NCBI GenBank assembly: GCA_964035545.1
Contig: OZ037773.1
Coordinates: 8,647,751 to 8,711,750 of the forward strand
DNA from: Bugula neritina
Lineage: Eukaryota > Animalia > Bryozoa
DNA: 64,000 bases
Direction: 5' to 3'
Made by a program: the position numbers and the translations under genes. The notes beneath the pieces are model-generated. The model was not told the origin of the DNA, did no database searches, and saw only the letters and a program-made list of their open reading frames with translations. This document shows, one piece after another, positions 12,822-25,834 of the stretch. How positions within the stretch are numbered: position 1 is the first letter of the stretch; every line of letters begins with the position of its first letter.

Positions 12822-15800
12822 ATGATAAAAATGCCATCATCCTCTACAAGCCCTAACAACAGCTTATTATCCTTCAGCCCATTTATACAGGCAGTTGTTA
12901 ATAAGAGCTCATTGGAGTCAACAATAATCTCTGTCTGGCAGTGGAATGAAACAAATCAGGCTGATTTCAACGACACCAACTCAACAGGTAATTGTGTGAC
13001 ACTATCTACAGGTGCTTGCTTGACACCAACTCAACAGGTGTGACATAAAGCTCCTGGCAGGTGCTTGTTTAACATAACGTCACTGGCAGGGACCAATTAT
13101 GCCTATTAAATTCAAATTTAAGCAAAAATAAATTGGCCTGCTTGAGTGGGCAGGCTCAAAGAAAATAAGCTAAAACAGGCTTTCAGCTATTTACACTAAA
13201 AATTTAATTGGTTTCCAAAGCAATTAATAGCAAAGACTGTGTTATCTTTCCCAAATGCTATTTACAAACAATAACCCAACCTTGTTTTATTTTGTGAGTA
13301 ACTCAATTAGAACCTTCCATTCCTTTCTTTTGTGAGACACTATTGTAGATCTGACAGGCCACCAATCTGGGCTGCTACACTGGCACGTAGTACTGATATC
13401 CATAGCTGTAGGAATACTATCATTGGTGACTGTAGTGGGAAACCTTTTAGTACTCATCTCATTCAAAGTGGAAAAACGACTCCAAACAGTGTCAAATTAC
13501 TACATACTCAGTTTGGCTGTAGCTGATTTAACTATAGGTAAGTACAATGCTTCTGCTGTAACCAAATATAAATATGTTGTTTAAACTATACAAATTTTCT
13601 CTTCAGTAATGAAAAAGTGGTTCAATAATCTTTAGGGTTTCTAAATAGAGTAAGCAATTTCAATTGTGGTCGATTATAATAAACGGCACATTCATTCAAG
13701 TTGAGTCTAATAAATTTTGTAGAATTTAATTTATGAAACTCTATTTGGAAAATCTCAGTATTTATATATCTCTTTTTAAGAAAAAATGTTTACCAGCAGA
13801 AAAATATTTAAACCTTACTAAAGTTTGGGCCATAAGTAAATGACAATTAAAAATGCTTCCAGTACCACTTTTTGTCAGTCATAAGCTATAACCAACACAA
13901 TTTGACTGGGTTTTGTTTCCACTAATTTTTTTCAGTTTTTTCAGTTTAAAATTATATTAGCTGCCTTGAAATCAAGCCCAATGCTGACTTGAGTGCTGTA
14001 GGCTATTATTAAGAATTGGAAATTAGCTACTAGCTCATTGACTAAAGCTCTTTTAAAAAGAGAATAACTTGACTTAGAAATTCATTCTCAACTCTTGTCA
14101 ATATTAGGAAGCTCCATGTTCCATCTGTTAATTCAGGTTTGGTGTCGATGCCCCTTTACTCAATGTTTCTTCTTCTCAACTACTGGCCACTGGGAAGTGC
14201 CATGTGTGATCTCTGGCTGTGTGTGGACTACACCATGTCAAATGCATCTGTGGCAAACCTGCTCATCATATGTTTTGACAGGTATGTCAGGTGCTCTACT
14301 TTAATTACTGAAAGGTATGTCACTGGCTCTACTTTTTACTGGCAAGTGAGTCAGGTGCTCTACTTTTTACTGACAAGTGAGTCAGGTGCTCTACTCCATC
14401 TACTGACAAGTGAGTCAGGTGCTCGATTTCATCTATTGGAAACTGAGCCGATTGCTCTTCTCTATCAACTGACATTGTTCTGGTATATCTTATGTAGATA
14501 CATGTCAGTCTCCAGACCTCTGAAGTACATGGCGAACCGAACTCCTAGGAGAGCTGGTGCAATGATATTTTGTGCTTGGATTGTATCTTTTGTCTTGTGG
14601 ATCCCTCTGACAGTTCTTTGGCCTTTCATCGAAGGAAACGGAACGTACAAGTCAGTAGAATTATTATTCTCAAAGATTTCTATCAATGGTGCCATAACTC
14701 CATAAATAAGCTGCTTAATAAGAAGAAGTATTGAAAGCAGCTAAAACTGACTAAAATTATTTTAAAAGCATAGCTTGTAGTTTTTATAACAAAAAAGGTG
14801 CTGAAGTGGGATTTTATTTCTGTCACCTCCAACAACTCATAAGAGTTTAACAAACAGAATAACTTTTTATAGCTTAGTCTCAAAAAGCATACCTGACAAT
14901 GTTAATACATAATGAAGCTGTTTAGGAGACTTAATTAGTTTTAGCTTAAATTTAGCCACTTGAAGAAATTAATATTTTTTCTACTTGCAGACGAACAATT
15001 CCAGAGGAAGACTGCTACATCCAGTTTCTGAAGACCAGTTCCCAAACAACGAGTCAAGTTGTGGCAGTTGTGACTTCACTGGTTGCTTTCTATCTTCCCG
15101 TCTCCATCATGGTCACACTTTACTTCATTATATTTCTGGAGACTCGCAAAAGACAATCAGATCTGCAACATCTGCAAGCAGGTAGTTTATAGTCCAAGTA
15201 GATGGAACTATAAATCTACCTGCATCATAGCCTTAGTTAGTGCCCTGTAGTCCTAGCGTAGATCATAAAGCACAGTTCACATAAATATATTTATTTGCTT
15301 CTATTTTATTTTGATTACCTCCAGAATTTATCACATTATTCACAAGTTTATCACGAAATCAGACAAGTATCATTCCTACTTTTATTGAGTGCAATCCTGA
15401 TCATTATTTTACTGTTTTTCTGTCAGATTATAACTCAACTTTGAAGAAGCTGGTTGAAACAACACCAGCAGTGAACATTAATACAACCCATCAAGGTGAA
15501 GAAACACATGAGCATTTCGATTCTGTGCCAGTGAAAACATTGATATCCGCCTGCAACTGCTGCACAATAGACGATGAGTAAGTGAACAAATCTCTTTGTA
15601 ACAGGCAGTTTTCAATAAATTTCATTTTTTATGAAATTATTTTAGGTTTTTGTGTTCATCATATTGCATGTAACTATGAGTAACACAATATTTTCAGCAT
15701 AATGACATGCATACAGTGGAACAAACTGATTTTTAACCTGTTGCATAAACAATCGGAATCGATAGCAAAGCTGTGTAAAGAAATTAGAGATTTGTACCAT

Positions 15801-17694
15801 AAAATGTTTAATGCTTTTTTTTAAATTTATGTTGACGATGTTCATGCTCTATGCTCAATCTCATTAAGTAGGTTAATTCAGTAACTTAGGACTTTTTTCT
15901 TCTGTAACTTTATGCTTGTGTTTTTAAAGACAAAACAACTTTAGAGAAACTGTTGCAAAAGCTTTTTTCACTGTAGCTATGTATTCATCTTTACATCTTT
16001 TTACGTGCAAAATAAAAGTAGTAGTATATTTAACCAAAAAAACTTGTAAAAAGTTTTTTCAATCTAGGTGTTGTTTTCAAGTAAAGATTTTTATCATTTC
16101 ATGATTAGTGCATCTTCAAATAGTAATATTTCTACTTAGGAAACATTTTTAGCAACTGGTTTTTTTGGATAACTTTTAGGACTTTTACAGTATTAAATGT
16201 AGCACCAGCATTGGTTCTGTTGCTTTAAATTTGATTTTATCATAGAGTTATTCATCTGTAATTTGCCTGTTTTACATTTTGACAAAATCAGGTATTTCTC
16301 TACTTAATTGAGATACCTAATTTAATCAATTTGATTACTCAATACTTATTTGGAACATATTTATAATAAAACACCTGGTTATTAACGAAGTCTTATGTTG
16401 TAGTTTAGAGGACTCCGACAGCATTGAGCTAAGTGACTCACAGGGGACAACCAATCAAGAGATGACATGCATATCTAGGTCAAACATTCAGAGTCATCGT
16501 AAGAGTCTGCCAAACTCGGAGCTCAACTCGTCAAAAGAAAACCCCGACACCATTCAAAAGTCGTTTAGACATTCCAAGTTATGTCCAATGCTAAGAAGAG
16601 CTTTAGCACGCAGTAAGAAAATAAAGCGAACTATAAATAGGTCTTCCAATGAAGTAGTAGAGTGCATGACTACTTCCTTTAATGAAAGAGTCGCGACCCC
16701 TGACCACCACGCCAGTGTTAGTCGACTCCGACACAAGGCATTAGAAAGCAACAGTCAACTCTATAGACTAAGTAGTCGTGGTAACTGTGGTAACTATAGC
16801 AACGGCACAACACAGTCTCTCCACGCTTCTCTAATAATGAAGACAAGCATATCTAGCGAAGAGGGCAATGCAGGCTCTGACAATCAGGTAATGTTAGCCA
16901 GTGTTACTGCAACAACTCAAAGCAACGTACAGGATTGTGCAACTCCTTCTTGTGACATCAACCAATCGGCTGGTAGGAGAAGCAGACAAGGAACTTTCAC
17001 GGATAAGCGACATGAAAGAAAGCCAGATGGGAAAGCTGCCAAAACCTTGAGCGCCATTCTCTTAGCTTTCATCTGCACATGGAGTCCTTACATGTTGTTC
17101 ACATTAATCAAAGCATTCAATGACAGCATAGTCCCTGACACCTTGTATAAAATAGGTAAAGTACAATTCTCTTGCTTCCAACAGTGGTTTAACTGTGCGT
17201 AGTAATATGATTGAGTAGTAATACGGTTGTGAGTAGTGATATAGTTGTGAGTAGTGATATAGTTGTGACTAGTAATATGATTGTGAGTAGTAATATGATT
17301 GTGAGTAGTGATATAGTTGTGAGTAGTAATATGGTTGTGAGTAGTGATATAGTTGTGACTAAGAATATGATTGACTAAGAATATGATTGACTAAGAATAT
17401 TATGATTGTGAGTAGTGATATGGTTGTGAGTAGTAATATGGTTGTGAGTAGTAATACGGTTGTGAGTAGTAATATGGTTGTGAGTAGTGATAGAGTTTGA
17501 GTAATGCATGAGGGTATTTTCTCTTTTCAGGCTACTGGCTCTGCTACATCAACAGCACTGTTAATCCAATGTGTTACGCTCTTTGCAACGTTAACTTTCG
17601 GCGGACATTTACCAAAATTCTTTTGTGTAAAACCAACTCTCCCAAAAACCAAAATAGACTACACAGAAAAAGGACTTTATTGTACAAATTTTGA
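12822..17694 (+). CDS. Muscarinic acetylcholine receptor (class A GPCR, ~636 aa); exons 12822-12987, 13349-13537, 14137-14281, 14498-14650 (or 14644), 14991-15181, 15427-15577, 16404-17155, 17531-17694
   Basis: Diagnostic mAChR motifs: [82 protein letters not shown], a long ICL3, [40 protein letters not shown]. Exon lengths sum to 1911 nt. The start codon and 5' UTR exons are uncertain. Confidence 0.93.
14277..14425 (+). repeat. ~31-33-bp degenerate tandem repeat x~5 copying the exon-3 donor region of the mAChR gene
   Basis: GACAG|GTATGTCAGGTGCTCTACT is followed by GAAAGGTATGTCACTGGCTCTACT and three CAAGTGAGTCAGGTGCTC units. Confidence 0.75.
17200..17503 (+). repeat. 18-bp minisatellite (TGTGAGTAGTRATATRGT)n filling most of the last mAChR intron
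   Basis: More than a dozen tandem units, most containing GTGAGT. Confidence 0.9.
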
Positions 17695-19235
17695 GACTTG
17701 GAGTTGCTTCACCTATGAAACTAATATATTACCCCATCTACTCAGTTGAACTTGTTTTAGTACTCTATCTGTATCTGTATTCGTTTTGTTTTATTTTTAT
17801 AACTATTTTTTTAAACTTTTTGTCTTTCGAGTATAAGCTAATGTGATTCTAGTCATATTGACCAAAACTTATATGTGATTACATAATACTGTGGTATGAG
17901 GAAGTAAGAAATATGTCAAGTACATATACTATAACTATAACATTGATATGCAATGTTTCCTTTATATTGCTATTCTTTGCATAAACTACAAAACAGCTGA
18001 GGAGATTCCTAATTCTGACAGACTAATGTTACTATTATGTAACAGACTATTGCATTTATCATCATTTTTAAACATAGGATAAAATAAAAATGTGTTGTGA
18101 AGTGAACTTAAAACACTATAAAAGGATGTGTTATTTCTATACTATGTGAGTCATAGTCAACATTATTACTGCATGAATACACCCATTATATTATGTTGTT
18201 GCTCACTGTCCTTTAAATCATTTACTTTTGCTATAGGGAAGTTCCCAAATGCATTAACATCATGAGGAAGTTTTGTCTATTAAGGAAGTTGGAAAGTTGA
18301 ATACCCATAACTGTATAATGACTCGTATAAACAGCTGGCACACCATTCCAGTTGACAGCAAAGCTTTACAGCAGAAATTACAGCATAGAAACTTGGCACA
18401 TGGCCAAGGATTAATAGCAATATTTCAATCTCTACGAAAGATGGAAATGTGTTTTCTGAAAATAAAAAAGTTGTATCATTTCAGTTACTACACGTATGGA
18501 GATCTTTCAACAGGCCAGATAACTCCAACTAGTTAGCTTAAAGTTATGCACATCGAGTTATTTCAGATAGTTTTAATGTTGCTATGGAGATAGCAGTAGA
18601 CAAACATGTGCTACCAGCTAAGAATTGTACAGAAACTTGGATCCTAAAAGAAATAGATAATAAAAAATGAGTCACAAAAATTATTCTGTGGAATCAGAAA
18701 TTTCAGCACAGCACACCTACAACAAGAAAATATATGTAGCTCTAGTTCTTAGCATACAGAGAAGTTGTCTGACCAAGTGTGTCCCCCTACTCTTTATCAG
18801 TCATTATAAACAGAAGTCTACACTCCTGCACCTAAAAGACATTGTTACTGATGAAATACCATGTTACATAGTAGACAATATGCAGGCACAGATAGGTTAT
18901 TTTATAATGTACATAAGCAATATGGCTGCTCATCAGATAAGCTTGTCCTGGCTGTTTAAATTGATGCCAAATCAAAGCATTCATGACAGTTAGATAAGCT
19001 AAGAGCTATACAATATGGGGAATCCCTCAATACACTTTTATAACTAATTCTCAACTGCTGGTTAAGAATACTAGTGCTATGATTGTTTTGTATTGTATTA
19101 CACTGCATCACACTATGAGCATTAAACAAACGAAACTGCTGCTGTTATATATAGAGGAAGTAGCAAGTCATTTCATTACTAGTGCTACTAGGGTTAGCTA
19201 TCTGAAGTCCACACTGCATAAAACTTGAAGATACA

Positions 19236-21896
19236 ATGCTTTCCTTAGATAAGCTGGTGAAGCAGATAACTGTGGTTGGTGATGGAAATGTTGGGAAAAC
19301 TTGTCTGTTAATATCTCACAAAGACAAGCGGTTTACTGAGGAGTATGTTCCAACAGTGTAAGTATACATGATCAGCTATCTAGCTTGTCTTCTGCTGTCA
19401 TTTCTCAACTAGTAGTAGTAACATGACTAAAGTATACTTTTACTCTATAAGAAGCACCAACTTGCATAAAACCTTCATCATAAAGTAGTGAAAATATGAC
19501 AATTGATATATACTTATAGCCACAAGTGGACATCACTTCACTGTGTTTATTCATATTTTAAGTCTTTTAGTTGAGGTTTTACACAGTTTTACTATAAAGT
19601 TGCACTGTATAGTAAAACTGAGGGTAGAGTTAAGAGCTAAACTATAAATATAATTATTAAAGCTTGTGTGAGTATGTTGGCTTAGCTTTATCCCTGAAGG
19701 TCATTATAATAACACACTTTACTTGCAACTTATATTATACTCAGATATGCTTATCCTCAGATATGCTTATCCTCAGATATGCTTATCATCAGATATGCTT
19801 ATCCTCAGATATGCTTATCCTCAGATATGCTTATCCTCAGATATGCTTATCCTCAAGCATGCGTGTCTCTCTGTCTGTTAGAAAACACAAGCGATAGCAT
19901 GTTAAGGCGATACTGCTTTAGATTTGAGAACTTTGCTGAAGAGATCTATGTTGATGGAAATCTCGTAAACGTGGAGCTGATGGATACGGCAGGGCAAGAG
20001 GGTTATGACAATATTCGGCTACTGGCATATCCCAAGGTGCAGGATTAATTACCTATATACTGATATACTATTACCTGTATACTGATAGACTATCACCTGT
20101 ATACTGATATACTATTACCTGCAGACAGACGTGTTTCTGGTCTGCTTCTCAGTAGCAGACGAAGACAGTTACACAAACATAGTTCTCAAGTGGATACCAG
20201 AACTTAAACAGCATAAGGAAGACCTGCGCATAATACTAGTAGGTAAGTTAAATTACCAGGTAAATCAAGTCACTATGCTAAGTACACCTAAATGCAAGTC
20301 ATCCCAAATAAATATGAAAATACCAACCAGTTGCTGAGTCCTCCAATTTTTAGAACGTAGTTTAGAAAGTTATCTCCACCTTAATAAGTTGACTCATCTA
20401 TTAAAATTAACCCCTCATTCACATTTTCCGCACCCTGCGCCGTAACAGCAAATATCAGCCATTTTTACAAATGTCTGAGCTTCCTGTAGAGGGTTTTGTT
20501 GCGGTACGTTAAGATCAAGCACTGCTTGAATCAAACAAGTCAAGGCGGGCTCCCTATTGGACAGAAAAACTTTTGTGTCAATTCGTTGGATATAATTGTC
20601 CCACAGAGGGTCATAGATCCTCCCTAATAGCGGTTTTTGAAAACTTTGCAGCTCGGACGCATTTTAAATGGCTGATATTTGCTGTTATGGCGTATAGTAT
20701 GGCAAGTGGGAATGAGGCCAAATACTGAGAAATAATATAGTGTTTTATCAACTTATTTTTCATCATTCATCAACATACATACTTCAATGTAGTGCAACCT
20801 TTCCCATGCTGATATTCTAATCCTATTTACTAATTAGTTATTGTTTCCATAGTAACTCAAAATGGGAATTTAGTTGTCTAAATAGAGTATCAATTTCAAA
20901 TAGTTCAATATGGAGGAAACAATCTACAAATATATTTTTTGTAATTCAGTGATGAGTTTGATAGAAGTTTGATTCTCAACTCCACCATTCACCAGAATTG
21001 TCTTCTCATTGCAAGTTTCTAGTTGAGTTCATAACTTAAGCAGTGGATAAATAAACTTGATTTCAGGTACTAAAGCTGATCTGAGAGATGATGATGAAAT
21101 GAAGGAAAGACTGGTACTTTCTGGAAAATCTTTTGTGACTGCAAAGAAAGCAGAAGAGCTCTGTAAACATATCAAAGCAGCCAAATACATTGAAACTTCT
21201 GCAAAGACAGCTCACAGAGTAGATGAGGTGAGAAGCACTAACTGCTTAGCTAAATTCTTATTTTAATGATTATTTATTTTTAGTATTTTATCCATTTATT
21301 TTTAAAATATGTCAAACTTTTAAAAACCCTCTAGTTTTGTTATTTATACTACTATTCTTTATTGAAGTTAGGTACTTTTAATTTCAGAATAATATAATAC
21401 AAAAAAACTAAAAAAAGTTTTTCATTTTTTTGACTGATTTTTATTTTTGGAAAACACAGATTTACATAATTTGACTGCAATGAAATGTCTGCCTTGGAAG
21501 AATACATTAATATAATGGTACACAAAGTATATGCAAAAATAAATAGTTTGCATGATACTTTATTTTTGAGGTTTTTTCTTTCTGAAATAGGAAAAGATAT
21601 TATTTTTCAGCTCACAGAATCTGCAAGCTTTTTTTAGGTTTTGGTTGATACAAATTTCTACTTGGCTGTCAACTCCAAATCTTAATATTTAATTATTTAC
21701 AAGATACTTCCAGTACATATAGCAGGCAACTCCTATTATTGATATTTAATTATTTAGGTTGCTCTCAATGTTTTCTCACTATGAAATTTTAATATATCTA
21801 TTTTTGTAGGTTTTTGAAGAGGCTGCACTATTGGCATTGCAAGAAAGAAACTTTTGGGTAGAAAGTGATGATAAGCGTTGCTGCCAAATCCTGTGA
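19236..21896 (+). CDS. Rho-family small GTPase, type A copy 1 (200 aa); exons 19236-19357, 19922-20036, 20125-20242, 21067-21227, 21810-21896
   Basis: G1 GDGNVGKT, switch I YVPTVFENF, G3 DTAGQE, G4 TKAD, Rho insert helix, G5 ETSAK, C-terminal CCQIL* CAAX box. Exons join in frame (603 nt). Confidence 0.93.
19739..19856 (+). repeat. 16-bp minisatellite (TCAGATATGCTTATCC)x~7 in Rho-A intron 1; related array at ~30703-30804
   Basis: Direct tandem copies, present in both duplicated units. Confidence 0.9.
20048..20124 (+). repeat. 22-bp repeat (ATTACCTGTATACTGATATACT) making up Rho-A intron 2; x~3.5 here and x~9.5 at 30994-31202
   Basis: The last partial unit, ATTACCTGCAG, is the functional acceptor. 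The intron is 88 nt in A1 and 218 nt in A2. Confidence 0.9.
20411..20719. mobile_element. MITE (~309 bp), probably PIF/Harbinger (Tourist-like)
   Basis: Imperfect ~55-bp terminal inverted repeats: CCTCATTC...GCCGTAACAGCAAATATCAGCCATTT and AAATGGCTGATATTTGCTGTTATGGC...GAATGAGGCC. The element is absent at the paralogous site (~31560, AAAC-TAA-TACTGAG). Flanks TAA and AAA are consistent with a 3-bp TAA target duplication. Confidence 0.8.
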
Positions 21897-23025
21897 CCCT
21901 GCAGAGGACCTCTGTTTTAAAATTAGCTAAATGCAATGGCCATTTGTCTGTTAATTTCCATCAATTATTCTAACAATATAAACAATATTCATTTTACACT
22001 GCAGATTGTGAAAAAAAGGTTTCTCTTTGAACCAGGTGCTGGATATCATAGATATTTGGAGGTGCTAAGAATTTTATGTACTTCTTAGTAATATGGGTTG
22101 TGAATTGGCAATTTTTCAAACTGCATCACAAATAATTTTCTGCTGCTGGCAAATTATGTTTTGTCTCTATTTAACCACTTTTCTAGAAATTACCTAAAAC
22201 TTAGAATTTAAGCTTTAAGTCACAAGCCATTAGTTTTAAAAACCTGTAAGTTATTAACATTTCAATCTTTTCAATACATTTCTGTTATCTCAAAAGGATT
22301 AGCTTAACAATCGCCCTTGTTCAATGGAAGGTAAGTTGACTAAAATATTTGTCTCCATATTTTATTATATCGTATTGATTGCTTTGTTGGTTTTATGACT
22401 GCATTTATACTAATTACTCTTATGTAAAATTTACATATGGCCAGTCACTATTAAGAGCTCAATAAATTGTGAGTTACTGCACACCTAAAGCATTTGGCTT
22501 ATGTCTATCCACAGCTGATTGTAGAATTGGCTTTTAAAGAGGGGGAATCAGTATTGAGCCAACTTGTATAAATGTTCTGTTAAAAAGACTCATCAATTGC
22601 AAACAAGTTTTGTATGCCATGATTTTGTACCTGCAGTGCAAGTTTGAAACATTGATGCCAGTTAGTTCACCTAATAGAGAGGGGGTGAGGATTACAGAGA
22701 TGGTGGGGGGTAGAGGGGTGGAGATACAGAGGGGTGAGAAATAAAAAGGAGGGTAAATACAGACTACAAATAGAAGTATGTGTTAATTGAATAAAACTAC
22801 TATACTTACAATGGTTATACACCTTATTTTTGCTGTCCGAAAAATGCTTGTTTCTTGTGAATTTTTCCTTTCCAAGCATATGTTCTTTTACTAAGAACTT
22901 TCTTTAAACTTGATTTTAATTTAAATTCAACCAGGATGGTGTTGGTCAAATTTCAATTAGGACTCCATTAAATTAAATGTTGTACATTGTAGTTTCCGCA
23001 GCAAATATATTACTAGTCAGGTCAG

Positions 23026-23314
23026 GGTACTACCTGCTACCGGTGACCATGTATCCGGTACTACCTGCTACCGGTAACCATGTATCTGGTACTACTCGCT
23101 ACCGGTAACCATGTATCCGGTACTACCTGCTACCGGTAACCATGTATCTGGTACTACTCGCTACCGGTAACCATGTATCCGGTACTACCTGCTACCGATA
23201 ACCATGTATCCGGTACTACCTGCTACCGGTAACCATGTATCCGGTACTACCTGCTACCGGTAACCATGTATCCAGTACTACCTGCTACCGGTAACCATGT
23301 ATCCGGTACTACCT
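23026..23314 (+). repeat. 31-bp minisatellite (GGTACTACCTGCTACCGGTAACCATGTATCC)x~9; x~7 at 33904-34131
   Basis: Near-perfect tandem units with an internal palindrome TACCGGTA. No variable spacers. Confidence 0.92.
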
Positions 23315-24751
23315 GTTCATGGGTCGACTGTCAGCGACTCAACTGACTATAGCTAGCCCTTTTCCTTAAACTGGGAAGGGGGCTTCCTAGAAATCCCTTA
23401 AAAACATTTGTAAATAAATAGTCAAATGTAGATATAGCAGTGCCAGTAAAGTTGGGATTGTATCTTTTTACTATAGTCTCAGTGGTAATCATATTGATAT
23501 TGTCATTCACATTATTACTCATAATTAAAAGGACTGGTAGTTATAATGATATTGTCAATATCACATTAATAATAATACTCAACTCTAACCTAATTATACT
23601 ATTAACAATAAAATGTATTATAATGGTAATCAGATAAATTCTTCTCTAAATTACTATATGCCAGTGGGGAGCAAATTGCCAGATCCAGTGCTGTATTGGT
23701 AAAACTTTATTAACTGATACTCTGGGGCATAAGAGAAACAACTCTGCCTGAACAACATGGGCGGGTGTCCTATCTGCCATAGCCAAAAGTCAAGTCTAAA
23801 ACCTACTTGAAGTCTAGCTTGCAAGCCGTTTCTCAGCTGTTTACACAGTGGAAACTTACACAGTTTATAAAGTTGATAATTTGTGGAATCGTTTGTGGAG
23901 CAATACACTGAACACATTCAAATGTCAGCAAATACATTCGCTTCCGTCAAAGTAAAAGTTTTCTCAGCTATTGAAAATTAAAACTCAATGAAATCATTCA
24001 TTGCAATAAAATGTGTAGAAGCCTATTCGCTAAAATTTTATGCAACATTTGAAAAACCGTCAAATAATATTCTATATAATTAGACATACTAATTACTACA
24101 TAATATAGGAATATGTGACAGTGTTCTCTCTATATCTTACGGTTCTATTTCCTATGAGATCCCATAGGTCACGAGAAGGGCTTGGCCCTTGTAACTTAAT
24201 ATGTATATGTGTGTATAGGGATTTTTGAATTACATCTGGTATTTTGCTATGTTGCGAATAAAAGCTCCTTGACTCATGGTTGCATGCTATACATAATTGT
24301 ATGCTATACATAATTGTATGCTATACATAATTGTATGCTATACATGGTTGCATGCTATACTACATAGTTGTAGGAATTAGACAAGATGCAGTCTGCTGAA
24401 AAACTTAAAATAAAAGTAGGTCTTGTTGGTGATGGCATTGTCGGAAAAACAGCTTTGATGGTCTTTCACAAAGAAAGAAGATTTTTCGAGGAGTCTCTTG
24501 CAACTGTGTGAGCATATAGTGAAACTAAGAGTCAATAGCAGATTCAGAAGTTTTTACTTGTTTATGAAGTCACTAAGTAATTGAATGTCATAGCTTTCAG
24601 GTTAGCCTGAGAGTCGGTGTATTGAGATGGGTTGCTTAGCTTAGCTTGGCTGCAAGCCAACTTCAGCTCCCGGCATAGTTTGTAAAAGAAGCCAGCATGC
24701 AATTAAATATTTATATATGATGCCGTGTGGGCGCGCGTGTGTTGTGTGTGA

Positions 24752-24860
24752 GGGCTTGGGGTTTGGGGTTTGGGGTTTGGGGTTTGGGCTTTGGGCTTGG
24801 GGTTTGGGGTTTGGGGTTTGGAGGCTGGGGGCTGGGGGCTGGGGGCTGGGGGCTGGGCGG
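24752..24860 (+). repeat. G-rich heptamer array (TTTGGGG)n(CTGGGGG)n, potential G-quadruplex; second copy ~35566-35667
   Basis: About 15 G3-G5 runs with 2-4 nt loops in Rho-B intron 1. Confidence 0.85.
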
Positions 24861-25834
24861 CATGTAAAAAATGGACATGGTTGTTTGACATTGGTTCTGT
24901 TTATTTTTATATTGTCATTCTTGTGCAATAGTTTTGAAACTAAATAAAACTCTACCTCTAAGTTTCAGGAATGTTTGCATTATGTTAACAAACAAAGATC
25001 GAGCCATTATAGAAATTTGCAATAGCTTTCTAAAAGCTGCTCTTAGTAGAAAATAGCATAAAGATGGCGATATGGGAACACAGTAAAAGAATATAAAATT
25101 AATAGTTGACAATATATGATATTACAGTTTCTCTACATATTTTAGCCAATACACTACCTATCTTGGTGTGACCATGCCTTCACTGCTGGTATTATAAATT
25201 GGCAGGTTTGATTCTGAAACAACAGAAATTTCTGTAGATGGCACTTTAGTAGACTGTGAACTGTGGGACGCAGGTGGTCAAGAAGATTATAAAAGTCTTC
25301 GAAGCATCTCCTACCCTAGTGTAAGTATATTTTGAATATGCAGGCTAATCTTCATTGCGTGTCAATGTGCTCAATATTATATATAGCTATACTAATTGTG
25401 CATGATGCTCAAAACCAGCTTTATAAAACATAATATAACGTGCATTTTCTGAGAAAAGGAAAATATATTGCAGCAGTTAAAAAATAGAAAACAACTTTAT
25501 AGATTAAGTTATATAATTTTATGCACTTATCATATTATTACAGCTGACTTTATCACGAAACAATGAATTATAATATATATATAAGTGAATAGATGTTATT
25601 GTGCATAAGGATATTACCTCTCACCTTACTCTGTTATCTTTCTCTGTCACCTTATTCTGTTATTTTATAGACGGACGTTTTTATTATCTGTTTCAATGTG
25701 GCAAGTCTCGCAAGCTTCGAGAGTGTCACCAGAATATGGCTGCCTGAACTCGAACATTTCAATAAAGAGTTACGTATAATACTTGTTGGTAAGAATATTT
25801 TTATCATTGCTGCAAGTTATATGTATGTCATCAG

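Noticed and set aside
23331-24311. ORFs identical in both duplicated units (23440-23637, 23654-23917, 24096-24311 and their copies)
   Set aside because: Identity reflects the near-identical duplication, not coding constraint. No domains or splice support.
24752-24860. Interstitial telomere or ciliate T4G4 contamination
   Set aside because: The unit is T3G4/CTG5, embedded in a Rho intron in both duplicates, and is not a known animal telomere repeat.
24641-24947. Pro-rich and Gly/Trp-rich ORFs (also 35455-35738)
   Set aside because: Translations of the intronic G-rich heptamer repeat.
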